Assembly: GCA_964016885.1 (NCBI GenBank)
Contig: OZ024743.1
Location: 65,348,001-65,412,000 of the forward strand
Direction: 5' to 3'
DNA from: Eledone cirrhosa
Taxonomy: Eukaryota
Length of the DNA stretch: 64,000 bases
Shown: piece after piece, positions 1 to 13,143 of the stretch
How the letters are laid out: each line of letters begins with the position of its first letter
How positions within the stretch are numbered: the stretch's first letter is position 1
Translations under genes and position numbers: made by a program
The notes under the pieces: model-generated
Seen by the model: the letters and a program-made list of their open reading frames with translations, nothing else
What the model was told of the DNA's origin: nothing
Databases searched by the model: none

Positions 1-63
1 CCGGAGAAATCACTAATCATGGGAGTACTCAATGCAAGGGGAGATGCAGAGTGGATATAGAGG

Positions 64-67
<4 letters not shown>

Positions 68-157
<90 letters not shown>

Positions 158-179
158 TATCCAGGAAGTGTAACGAGGA

Positions 180-210
<31 letters not shown>

Positions 211-233
211 AATATATATATATATATATATAT
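68..233. repeat. (CT)n and (AT)n microsatellites
   Basis: Directly visible dinucleotide runs; they produce the spurious ORF 32..235. Confidence 0.95.
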
Positions 234-328
234 AGATGTTAACTGTTAACTTTTAAAACAAATTAATCTGGCAATGATGAATTTCATCAGTTGTGTCACT
301 ATATCCGTTTGATCCCTCGTTGAACACC

Positions 329-3300
329 AGAAGAGCTCAGTGACATGGCAACACTATAGAAGAGCTCAGTGACATGGCAACACTATAGAAGAACTGAGTG
401 ACATGGCAACACTATAGAAGAGCTCAGTGACATGGCAACACTATAGAAGAACTAAGTGACATGGCAACACTATAGAAGAGCTCAGTGACATGGCAACACT
501 ATAGAAGAACTAAGTGACATGGCAACACTATAGAAGAGCTCAGTGACATGGCAACACTATAGAAGAGCTCAGTGACATGGCAACACTATAGAAGAGTTCA
601 GTGACATGGCAACACTATAGAAGAGCTCAGTGACATGGCAACACTATAGAAGAACTAAGTGACATGGACAACACTATAGAAGAGTTCAGTGACATGGCAA
701 CACTATAGAAGAGCTCAGTGACATGGCAACACTATAGAAGAGCTCAGTGACATGGCAACACTATAGAAGAGCTCAGTGACATGGCAACACTATAGAAGAA
801 CTAAGTGACATGGCAACACTATAGAAGAGTTCAGTGGACATGGCAACACTATAGAAGAACTAAGTGACATGGCAACACTATAGAAGAGCTCAGTGACATG
901 GCAACACTATAGAAGAACTAAGTGACATGGCAACACTATAAGAAGAGCTCAGTGACATGGCAACACTATAGAAGAGCTCAGTGACATGGCAACACTATAG
1001 AGAGTTCAGTGACATGGCAACACTATAGAAGAGCTCAGTGACATGGCAACACTATAGAAGAGCTCAGTGACATGGCAACACTATAGAAAGAACTGAGTGA
1101 CATGGCAACACTATAGAAGAACTGAGTGACATGGCAACACTATAGAAGAACTAAGTGACATGGCAACACTATAGAAGAGCTCAGTGACATGGCAACACTA
1201 TAGAAGAACTAAGTGACATGGCAACACTATAGAAGAGCTCAGTGACATGGCAACACTATAGAAGAACTAAGTGACATGGCAACACTATAGAAGAACTGAG
1301 TGACATGGCAACACTATAGAAGAGCTCAGTGACATGGCAACACTATAGAAGAACTAAGTGACATGGCAACACTATAGAAGAGCTCAGTGACATGGCAACA
1401 CTATAGAAGAACTAAGTGACATGGCAACACTATAGAAGAACTGAGTGACATGGCAACACTATAGAAGAGTTCAGTGACATGGCAACACTATAGAAGAGTT
1501 CAGTGACATGGCAACACTATAGAAGAGCTCAATGACATGGCAACAACTATAGAAGAACTAAGTGACATGGCAACACTATAGAAGAGCTCAGTGACATGGC
1601 AACACTATAGAAGAGCTCAGTGACATGGCAACACTATAGAAGAGCTCAGTGACATGGCAACACTATAGAAGAGTTCAGTGACATGGCAACACTATAGAAG
1701 AACTGAGTGACATGGCAAACACTATAGAAGAACTGAGTGACATGGCAACACTATAGAAGAACTAAGTGACATGGCAACACTATAGAAGAGCTCAGTGACA
1801 TGGCAACACTATAGAAGAGTTCAGTAACATGGCAACACTATAGAAGAGCTCAGTGACATGGCAACACTATAGAAGAGTTCAGTGACATGGCAACACTATA
1901 GAAGAGCTCAGTTACATGGCAACACTATAGAAGAGTTCAGTGACATGGAAACACTATAGAAGAGCTCAGTGACATGGCACGACTATAGAAGAGCTCAGTG
2001 ACATGGAAACACTATAGAAGAGCTCAGTGACATGGCAACACTATAGAAGAGCTAAGTGACATGGCAACACTATAGAAGAGTTCAGTGACATGGCAACACT
2101 ATAGCAGAGTTCAGTGACATGGCAACACTATAGAAGAGCTCAGTGACATGGCAACACTATAGAAGAGTTCAGTGACATGGCAACACTATAGAAGAGCTCA
2201 GTGACATGGCAACACCTATAGAAGAGCTCAGTGACATGGCAACAATATAGACGAGTTCAGTGACATGGCAACACTATAGAAGAGCTCAGTGACATGGCAA
2301 CACTATAGAAGAGCTCAGTGACATGGCAACACTATAGAAGAGTTCAGTGACATGGCAACACTATAGAAGAGCTCAGTGACATGGCAACACTATAGAAGAG
2401 TTCAGTGACATGGCAACACTATAGAAGAACTGAGTGACATGGCAACACTATAGAAGAGCTCAGTGGCATGGCAACACTATAGAAGAGTTCAGTGACATGG
2501 CAACACTATAGAAGAGTTCAGTGACATGGCAACACTATAGAAGAGCTCAGTGACATGGCAACACTATAGAAGAGTTCAGTGACATGGCAACACTATAGAA
2601 GAGTTCAGTGACATGGTAACACTATAGAAGAGCTCAGTGGCATGGCAACATTATAGAAGAGCTCAGTGACATGGCAACACTATAGAAGAGTTCAGTGACA
2701 TGGCAACACTAAAGAAGAGTTCAGTGACATGGCAACACTATAGAAGAGCTCAGTGACATGGCAACATTATAGAAGAGCTCAGTGACATGGCAAACACTAT
2801 AGAAGAGTTCAGTGACATGGCAACACTATAGAAGAGTTCAGTGACATGGCAACCGCTATAGAAGAGTTCAGTGACATGGCAATACTATAGAAGAGCTCAG
2901 TGACATGGCAACACTATAGAAGAGCTCAGTGACATGGCAACACTATAGAAGAACTGAGTGACATGGCAACACTATAGAAGAGTCAGTGACATGGCAACAC
3001 TATAGAAGAGCTCAGTGACATGGCAACACTATAGAAGAGTTCAGTGACATGGCAACACTATAGAAGAGTTCAGTGACATGGCAATACTATAGAAGAGCTC
3101 AGTGACATGGCAACACTATAGAAGAGCTCAGTGACATGGCAACACTATAGAAGAGTTCAGTGACATGGCAACACTATAGAAGAGCTCAGTTACATGGCAA
3201 CACTATAGAAGAGCTCAGTGACATGGCAACACTATAGAAGAGCTCAGTGACATGGCAACACTATAGAAGAGTTCAGTGACATGGCAACACTATAGCAGAG

Positions 3301-6300
3301 TCAGTGACATGGCAACACTATAGAAGAGCTCAGTGACATGGCAACACTATAGAAGAGTTCAGTGACATGGCAACACTATAGAAGAGCTCAGTGACATGGC
3401 AACACTATAGAAGAGCTCAGTGACATGGCAACAATATAGACGAGTTCATTGACATGGCAACACTATAGAAGAGCTCAGTGACATGGCAACACTATAGAAG
3501 AGTTCAGTGACATGGCAACACTATAGAAGAGCTCAGTGACATGGCAACACTATAGAAGAGTTCAGTGACATGGCAACACTATAGAAGAGCTCAGTGACAT
3601 GGCAACACTATAGAAGAGTGCAGTGACATGGCAACACTATAGAAGAACTGAGTGACATGGCAACACTATAGAAGAGCTCAGTGGCATGGCAACACTATAG
3701 AAGAGTTCAGTGACATGGCAACACTATAGAAGAGTTCAGTGACATGGCAACACTATAGAAGAGCTCAGTGACATGGCAACACTATAGAAGAACTGAGTGA
3801 CATGGCAACACTATAGAAGAGCTCAGTGACATGGCAAACTATAGAAGAACTGAGTGACATGCAACACTATAGAAGAGTTCAGTGACATGGCAACACTATA
3901 GAAGAGCTCAGTGACATGGCAACACTATAGAAGAGTCAGTGACATGGCAACACTATAGAAGAGTTCAGTGACATGGCAACTACTATAGAAGAGCTCAGTG
4001 ACATGGCAAACACTATAGAAGAGCTCAGTGACATGGCAACACTATAGAAGAACTGAGTGACATGGCAACACTATAGAAGAGTTCAGTGACATGGCAACAC
4101 TATAGAAGAGCTCAGTGACATGGCAACACTATAGAAGAGTTCAGTGACATGGCAACACTATAGAAGAGTTCAGTGACATGGCAACACTATAGAAGAGCTC
4201 AGTGACATGGCAACACTATAGAAGAGCTCAGTGACATGGCAACACTATAGAAGAGCTCAGTGACATGGCAACACTATAGAAGAGTTCAGTGACATGGCAA
4301 CACTATAGAAGAGTTCAGTGACATGGTAATACTATAGAAGAGCTCAGTGACATGGCAACACTATAGAAGAGCTCAGTGACATGGCAACACTATAGAAGAA
4401 CTGAGTGACATGGCAACACTATAGAAGAGTTCAGTGACATGGCAAACACTATAGAAGAGCTCAGTGACATGGCAACACTATAGAAGAGTTCAGTGACATG
4501 GCAACACTATAGAAGAGTTCAGTGACATGGCAACACTATAGAAGAGCTCAGTGACATGGCAAACACTATAGAAGAGCTCAGTGACATGGCAACACTATAG
4601 AAGAGTTCAGTGACATGGCAACACTAAAGAAGAGTTCAGTGACATGGCAACACTATAGAAGAGCTCAGTGACATGGCAACACTATAGAAGAGCTCAGTGA
4701 CATGGCAACACTATAGAAGAACTGAGTGACATGGCAACACTATAGAAGAGTTCAGTGACATGGCAACACTATAGAAGAGCTCAGTGACATGGCAACACTA
4801 TAGAAGAGTTCAGTGACATGGCAACACTATAGAAGAGTTCAGTGACATGGCAATACTATAGAAGAGCTCAGTGACATGGCAACACTATAGAAGAGCTCAG
4901 TGACATGGCAACACTATAGAAGAGTTCAGTGACATGGCAACACTATAGAAGAGCTCAGTTACATGGCAACACTATAGAAGAGCTCAGTGACATGGCAACA
5001 CTATAGAAGAGCTCAGTGACATGGCAACACTATAGAAGAGTTCAGTGACATGGCAACACTATAGCAGAGTCCAGTGACATGGCAACACTATAGAAGAGCT
5101 CAGTGACATGGCAACACTATAGAAGAGTTCAGTGACATGGCAACACTATAGAAGAGCTCAGTGACATGGCAACACTATAGAAGAGCTCAGTGACATGGCA
5201 ACAATATAGACGAGTTCATTGACATGGCAACACTATAGAAGAGCTCAGTGACATGGCAACACTATAGAAGAGTTCAGTGACATGGCAACACTATAGAAGA
5301 GCTCAGTGACATGGCAACACTATAGAAGAGTTCAGTGACATGGCAACACTATAGAAGAGCTCAGTGACATGGCAACACTATAGAAGAGTTCAGTGACATG
5401 GCAACACTATAGAAGAACTGAGTGACATGGCAACACTATAGAAGAGCTCAGTGGCATGGCAACACTATAGAAGAGTTCAGTGACATGGCAACACTATAGA
5501 AGAGTTCAGTGACATGGCAACACTATAGAAGAGCTCAGTGACATGGCAACACTATAGAAGAACTGAGTGACATGGCAACACTATAGAAGAGCTCAGTGAC
5601 ATGGCAACACTATAGAAGAACTGAGTGACATGGCAACACTATAGAAGAGTTCAGTGACATGGCAACACTATAGAAGAGCTCAGTGACATGGCAACACTAT
5701 AGAAGAGTTCAGTGACATGGCAACACTATAGAAGAGTTCAGTGACATGGCAATACTATAGAAGAGCTCAGTGACATGGCAACACTATAGAAGAGCTCAGT
5801 GACATGGCAACAATATAGAAGAACTGAGTGACATGGCAACACTATAGAAGAGTTCAGTGACATGGCAACACTATAGAAGAGCTCAGTGACATGGCAACAC
5901 TATAGAAGAGTTCAGTGACATGGCAACACTATAGAAGAGTTCAGTGACATGGCAACACTATAGAAGAGCTCAGTGACATGGCAACACTATAGAAGAGCTC
6001 AGTGACATGGCAACACTATAGAAGAGCTCAGTGACATGGCAACACTATAGAAGAGTTCAGTGACATGGCAACACTATAGAAGAGTTCAGTGACATGGTAA
6101 TACTATAGAAGAGGTCAGTGACATGGCAACACTATAGAAGAGCTCAGTGACATGGCAACACTATAGAAGAACTGAGTGACATGGCAACACTATAGAAGAG
6201 TTCAGTGACATGGCAACACTATAGAAGAGCTCAGTGACATGGCAACACTATAGAAGAGTTCAGTGACATGGCAACACTATAGAAGAGTTCAGTGACATGG

Positions 6301-7266
6301 CAACACTATAGAAGAGCTCAGTGACATGGCAACACTATAGAAGAGCTCAGTGACATGGCAACACTATAGAAGAGTTCAGTGACATGGCAACACTAAAGAA
6401 GAGTTCAGTGACATGGCAACACTATAGAAGAGCTCAGTGACATGGCAACACTATAGAAGAGCTCAGTGACATGGCAACACTATAGAAGAACTGAGTGACA
6501 TGGCAACACTATAGAAGAGTTCAGTGACATGGCAACACTATAGAAGAGCTCAGTGACATGGCAACACTATAGAAGAGTTCAGTGACATAGCAACACTATA
6601 GAAGAGTTCAGTGACATGGCAACACTATAGAAGAGCTCAGTGACATGGCAACACTATAGAAGAGCTCAGTGACATGGCAACACTATAGAAGAGTTCAGTG
6701 ACATGGCAACACTAAAGAAGAGTTCAGTGACATGGCAACACTATAGAAGAGCTCAGTGACATGGCAACACTATAGAAGAGCTCAGTGACATGGCAACACT
6801 ATAGAAGAGCTCAGTGACATGGCAACACTATAGAAGAGTTCAGTGACATGGCAACGCTATAGAAGAGTTCAGTGACATGGCAACACTATAGAAGAGCTCA
6901 GTGACATGGCAACACTATAGAAGAGTTCAGTGACATGGCAACGCTATAGAAGAGTTCAGTGACATGGCAACACTATAGAAGAGTTCAGTGACATGGCAAC
7001 ACTATAGAAGAGCTCAGTGACATGGCAACACTATAGAAGAGTTCAGTGACATGGCAACGCTATAGAAGAGTTCAGTGACATGGCAACACTATAGAAGAGT
7101 TCAGTGACATGGCAACACTATAGAAGAGTTCAGTGACATGGCAACACTATAGAAGAGTTCAGTGACATGGCACGACTATAGAAGAGCTCAGTGACATGGC
7201 AACACTATAGAAGAGTTCAGTGACATGGCAACACTATAGAAGAGCTCAGTGACATGGCAACACTAT
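329..7266 (+). repeat. 29-bp tandem satellite, ~239 units, consensus AGAAGAGCTCAGTGACATGGCAACACTAT
   Basis: Head-to-tail units with no unique spacers; variation is mostly GAGCTC/GAGTTC/GAACTG/GAACTA at one position. Confidence 0.98.
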
Positions 7267-7541
7267 GGCTCAGAGAAGCAGAGAACATTTTGAAATGTTA
7301 ATTGGATCAGATTAAATATAAAAGACTAATAAGAAAATATGGAATGAAAAAAATATCATCAATAAAAATGAATAAACTGAAAAACAAAATAAAAAATACA
7401 TGTCTTCAATGTAAACCGGCTCCCTGCCCCCTCCCCCCACTCACACGTTTACCTCTGCCCCCCCTCTATATATATATATATATGTTCATTAGCATCTTTG
7501 GATATTTGTGCGTATGTGTGTGTGTGTGTAATGCATCTATG

Positions 7542-7544
<3 letters not shown>

Positions 7545-7638
<94 letters not shown>

Positions 7639-7644
7639 GATATG

Positions 7645-7683
<39 letters not shown>

Positions 7684-7755
7684 GCATATGTATATATAAA
7701 TACACATATATGCGTCTGTGATTACATATTTATCTATATGATATACATATGTATA

Positions 7756-7787
<32 letters not shown>

Positions 7788-7940
7788 CATATATATCTAT
7801 ATAAATAGGTACATGCATACATACGTGCGTATATACCTACCTAGCTACCAACCTACATACCTACCTACCTACCTACCTACCTACCTACCTACCTACCTAC
7901 CTACCTACCTACCTACCTACATACATCCTTACATACATAC
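7545..7940. repeat. (AT)n, (CCTA)n and (CATA)n microsatellites
   Basis: Direct inspection. Confidence 0.9.
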
Positions 7941-8206
7941 ATGTAATGTTTGCTTGTGTATATAAATGTAAGTTTAAACACACACTGACATTTATATGTT
8001 ATGGTTGTAGCGTCTCTGACCAGTCAAATTCCTCACGTCTAAGCAAAACCCCCGAAAAACACATTTCAATTAAAAAGACGCTAGGAAAGTCCTATAAAAA
8101 ATAATCTATAAACTTATACAAAAACAAACTAAAGATTAAAAAGAAAGAAAATGGTATTATTTGTCTTGTTTTGTTTTCTATGTTTGTTCATGTCCGTATT
8201 TGTTAG

Positions 8207-8237
<31 letters not shown>

Positions 8238-8320
8238 TGTATGTATGTATGTATGTATGTATGTATGTATGTATGTATGTATGTATGTATGTATGTATGT
8301 ATGTATGTATGTATGTATGT

Positions 8321-8608
8321 ATCTTGGTTAAGAGAGTGGGACTCGTTTTGTGCAGTACCTTTGCTCATTATAAAAGCATCACGGCACAGGCATTGCTTTA
8401 TATCTGGAGATCTCTCTGCACTTGTCGTCACATGGTACCATGGGCCCAGCACTATGTGTCAGTAATTGTTACAGGTGTCGTGTTTGTACCAGAGTTTTCA
8501 AGTCACTGGCTGGACTAAAAAGTCACACTCGTTCAGCGCATCGCTAGGGGTTCTCCTACATGGATATAAAGTAGTGGCCGTACTCGAAAACGAGTTGGCA
8601 GCCACCAT
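8321..8608 (+). mobile_element. 5'-truncated copy of RTE-derived non-autonomous element, between (TATG)n tracts
   Basis: Matches the 3' half of the copies at 10466, 16870 and 51156. It encodes the C2H2 remnant YRCRVCTRVFKSLAGLKSHTRSAHR* and ends ...CGAGTTGGCAGCCACC(ATGT)n. Confidence 0.85.
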
Positions 8609-8660
8609 GTATGTATGTATGTATGTATGTATGTATGTATGTATGTATGTATGTATGTAT

Positions 8661-9575
8661 CTTTCTCTTAATTTCGAGTATATTTTTGACCGGCCACCCT
8701 CCTGGTGGCAAGGTTGTAAAAGAAAAGAAATTGTCATCCCTTGAATCGCAAGAATGTTTTGCAAACTTTGAAGGTGCCAGCTATCGCAGCCATTTGTAGA
8801 CTATGAATTAGGGAGCTGCGCTCTTTGTCCGCAAATCCAAGTTCAGTTATACATTGGTCCAAGCAGGTAGGTATATAACCCGTAGCTCCAATAATGATGG
8901 GTATGAAGCTAAAGGTGTATCTTGGATACTGGATTTGTAAACTCCTCATCTATGGTCCGTAGATGTCCTCCTTCTGTATTTTTCTGACAACGTTTACATA
9001 AAGTGGGCAGCTGATCTCCACAACAGAACACGTTTTCAATGTGTGGTCCTAAACAACAATATCAGGCCGGTTGTGCTTTAATTTGGTGGCAGTTTTGATT
9101 TTGAGGTTCCATCAGTATTCCTTAGTGCCATCTGTCTCAATATATTCTTCTTCGTTTGTTGTTAATATTGTTTTCCGAAGTGCGTTCTAGATGGTTCTAG
9201 CTATCCCATCGTGTCTCATGGGGAGGTAGTAGCGAGATGACATTCTTTCGCAGCTGGCAACAATGTGGCTTACATCTTCGATCTTTGTTTTACATAGCCT
9301 GCATTTATTGTCAGCTGATGGCCCTCCTCTTTTGTGCAGAAGATATTTGGTAGGGAGTTCTTGTTCCTGTATTGCATAGAGATATCCCTCAAGGTGTGAT
9401 GTCATAAACTTGTCGGAACTCCATGCCAGGCTTTTTGAGTGGTTTATCTCCTCTATGGTCTGTGTTTTACGTCTCAAGTATCCATGCCCAACTTTTTCTG
9501 TAAATTAGTCAATTTTTTCTTCTTGTTTGAACATTAAATAGCCTACATTTATTGTCAACTGATGGCTCTCCTCTT
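8661..9575 (-). mobile_element. 5'-truncated, disrupted non-LTR retrotransposon with restriction-like endonuclease (R4/Dong-like), family A copy 1
   Basis: Minus-strand frames give a CCHC knuckle (CRLCKTKIEDVSHIVASC), RHD, KHNRPDIVV..VVEISCP and IPIIIGATG, with stops and frameshifts. The 3' end abuts (CATA)n. Confidence 0.85.
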
Positions 9576-9694
9576 ATGTATGTATGCATGTATGTATGTA
9601 TGTATGTATGTATGTATGTATGTATGTATGTATGTATGTATGTATGTATGTATGTATGTATGTATGAATGTATGTATGTATGTATGTATGTATG

Positions 9695-10090
9695 TTCTCT
9701 CTTTCTCTTAATTTCGAGTATATTTTTGACCGGCCACCTTCCTGGTGGCAAGGTTGTAAAAGAAAAAAAATTGTCATCCCTTGAATCGCAAGAATGTTTT
9801 GCAAACTTTGAAGGTGCCAGCTATCGCAGCCATTTGTAGACTATGAATTAGGGAGCTGCGCTCTTTGTCCGCAAATCCAAGTTTAGTTATACATTAGTCC
9901 AAGCGGGTTGGTATATAACCCGTAGCCCCAATAAGGATGTGTATGAAGCTAAAGGCGTATCTTGGATACTGGATTTGTAAACTCCTCATCAATGGTCCGT
10001 AGATGTCCTCCTTCTCCTGTATTTTTCTGACAACGTTTTCATAAAGTGGGCAGCTGATCTCCACAACAGAACACGTTTTCAATGTGTGGT
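9695..10090 (-). mobile_element. RLE LINE family A copy 2 (3' terminal ~400 bp)
   Basis: Near-identical to 8661-9050 (TLKTCSVVEISCP...KEDIYGPLMRSLQ). Flanked by (TATG)n-type tracts on both sides. Confidence 0.88.
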
Positions 10091-10465
10091 GTATGTATAC
10101 ATGTATGTTTGTATGCATGTGTGTGTGTATCTATATATCTATCTATATCTATATATTTATGTATGTATGTATGTATGTATGTATGTATGTATGTATGTAT
10201 GTATGTATGTATGTATGTATGTATGTATGTATGTATGTATGTATGTATGTGATGGAGCGGTGATGGAGCACTGCACCCAACCACCACTACCACTACTAAC
10301 GACGAGACACCATGTATTGAGTCCGTAATTGGAATATTATCATTTGATTGTATGTGTGTAGGCATCCATGTGTATATGTATGTATATATATACATGTGTA
10401 TGTATGTGTGTAGACAGGCATCTATGTCTGTGTGTATGTATGTATATGGATATATGTATGTCTAT

Positions 10466-11063
10466 GTTGGTGTTATTGGTAACATGCATCCCAGTACAAC
10501 CTGTCCCATGGTCGGGTCGTTGGCGACTAAACTGGCAACCCCACCAAGGTTTCTTGGTGAGGAGGGTGACTTTGGACATCCTGCAGGACTAAAAATAAAA
10601 CCTGTCAAAGGGCAAAGGAGCTCTTAAGAGTCAATGGCCATCCAAAATCACCGGGAGAGATGACCCCTTAGCCTTTGTCAAGGCAGAATTCTAGGAGAAG
10701 GAAAACTCTGATATAACGCCTGCAACCCTGATGGTATCCAATGATGTTGACTTGTTCTTCTTTTTGGTAAATATCATCTTGGTTAAGAGAGTGGGACTGG
10801 CTTTGTGCAGTGCTTTTGCTCACTATAAGAGCTTCACGGCACAGGCATTGCTTTATATCTGGAGATCTCTCTGCACTTGTCGTCACATGGTACCATGGGC
10901 CCAGCACTATGTGTCAATAATTGTCACAAGTGTAGTGTTTGTACCAGAGTTTTCAAGTTGCTGGCTGGACTAAAATGTCACACTCGTTCAGCGCATCGGT
11001 AGGGGTTCTTCTACATGGATATAAAGTAGTGGCCGTACTCGAAAACGAGTTGGCAGCCACCAT
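10466..11063 (+). mobile_element. Bipartite RTE-derived non-autonomous retroelement (~600 bp)
   Basis: The 5' part has RTE 5'UTR-like motifs (GGCGACTAAA, CTAGGAGAAGGAAAACTCTG). The 3' part has a C2H2 remnant and a tail like the RTE 3' end at 51087-51126, followed by (ATGT)n. Four copies in the window. Confidence 0.85.
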
Positions 11064-11103
11064 GTATGTATGTATGCATGTGTGTGTGTGTATCTATATC
11101 TAT

Positions 11104-13140
11104 ATATTTTGGCCAAGGTGTTAGCAAAGAGGTTGGCGCTTGTCGTGGGCAATCTGGTGGGAGATGCGCAGATATGTGCTATCCCGTCCAGGTCCATCCA
11201 CGACAACCTCCACTTCATGCGATACATCATAGAGAGTGTTGGGCATGAACTCGGCTTAGGTGGGTCGACCATGGTTACCTTGATGCGTTGCTAGCGGCGG
11301 CAGGCTTCGGACCCGTTTTCAGGGGCTGGATCACTGCTATGCACAGCAGCCGCATCTGCTCTAGAGTCAAGGTGAACGGCTACCTCTCGGAGCCGTTCGA
11401 AATCGCGCGGTCCATCCGATAAGGGTGCCCTCTCTCCTCCCTTCTGTATGTATTGACTCTCGAGCCACTACTGCGGAAGTTGGAGTTGTTCAAGGGCATC
11501 CCTTTGGAACCGGGATTGCGGAAAGCGGTGTCAGCCTACGCCGATGACGTGACAGTAATGGTGTCGACGGCCTCGGAAATCGGGGCGATCGGCACCTTAC
11601 TGGAGGAGTACGAAAGGTTTACAGGGGCTAAGCTGAACCGGGACAAGTCGATCGGTTTGCAACTCGGCAGGTGGAGGGGCAAACCGATGCCCTCCGATGG
11701 CGTCGTCGGACGCTGGACGGAGGGCCCTGTGAAGTTGCTCGGGGTCTGGTTCGGACCAGACCTCCAGGTGGAGAAGAACTGGGGGGAGGTTACGAACAGG
11801 GTGTTTGCACTGACCCAGAAGTGGGCCAGTTGCAAACTATCCCTGAAAGGTCGGGCGGAGGTGGCAAACACTTATATAGCGTCTGTCATCTACTACCACC
11901 TGACCGTCGTGCCTTGCCCAAGGGAAACCGTCGCCAAGATGGAGCGCGCACTCTTCTAATTCCTTTGGAAGAAGCGGGCTCCTTTGGTGAGGAGATCCAT
12001 CTGCTGTGAACACCCTTCGAAAGGAGGGCTGGGGATGTCGTGGCTAATGATGCGTAAACACGCATTAAGGCTACGGCACCTCCACGTGTTCCTCACCGGT
12101 CAACCGGTGTGGGCCCCGTTTGTGAGACGAACATTTCCCAGACTCGTCTCACTCACCGAGCTGCAATCCTGGGTCAAGCAAAGACCGAGAAAACTGGGCA
12201 CCTGGCACACTGAGTGTGCCCAGGCGCTCACGGCCCTCTGGCAAGCGGACCCGGTTATCAGTGGAGACTCCACCTCGACATTATATAGAGGGCTGGTTTC
12301 GCAGCAGGTGTGACGACGCCCTAGGAGAAGCCCTAGACATGGAGGAAGACGAACTGGCCAGGCTTTTCGGTAGGACATTCAGCCCGGAACCTATGGACAA
12401 CTTCCAGAAGTCCATAGCCTGGCAGTGCTACCGAGGGGCTCTACCCGTTCGAGAAAAGCTCTACAGACACGGGCGCCCGAGTAGGGACCCCGCCAAAAAG
12501 ATCTGTCCCAGATGCGTGTGCGACGGGGAAACTATTGCACACGCATTGGTACACTGCTCGGGCGTAGCTGATCTGTGGGGCTATCTGCTGTCACGGGTGG
12601 GACCGATCCGGTTGACCACCGAAGCCATTGTAACGATTAAGCCGCCTCCCCCTTCAAAAATGAAATGAAGGAGAGGCGGTGTTTCTGTGCGTAATAGCCA
12701 TGGTGAAAGAGGTTGTATGGTGGACGCGCCTGAAAGGACTGAGGTCAGGCACCTTTCTCTCTAGCCTACAACTGATCCGTTTCTTCCGATATCATTCCGG
12801 AAGTAGGATCTGGATAGAGATAGAGGTGCTCCACCCCAGTCGTTTTTATGAAAGGTGGGTGAAAGTGGCAAGAATGGCCCTTGTGAATGGGCCTTCTCTC
12901 TACATCAGCCTTTAGATGGAAAAGATGAAGGAACGAGGGAGCACCATCTCTCTGTGCTCCTGAGGAGAAGGGTTGCACACTTTATTCGGGGGTGTGTGCG
13001 ACCCCCCAAAACGCCTCCTCCCTATTGAGGACTTTATTGTTAATTTTATATTTATTTGTTTTCTTTACTCGCCCTTTTGTGTAAACTTCCCCCTTGTATT
13101 TGTCCCCTTCTTTTGCGCCCTCGTGGCAATAAATAGAAAT
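11104..13140 (+). pseudogene. 5'-truncated, decayed L1/Tx1-type LINE ORF2 (RT plus C-terminal zinc knuckle) with 3'UTR
   Basis: Motifs ILAKVLAKRL, R*GCPLSSLLYVLTLEPLL, SAYADDV, GAKLNRDKS, KGGLG and CPRC..ETIAHALVHC are spread over several frames with stops. AATAAA at ~13128. Confidence 0.9.
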
Positions 13141-13143
13141 ATA

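Noticed and set aside
329-7266. CRISPR array (29-bp repeat length)
   Set aside because: There are no unique spacers and no cas genes, and the context is eukaryotic. It is a plain tandem satellite.
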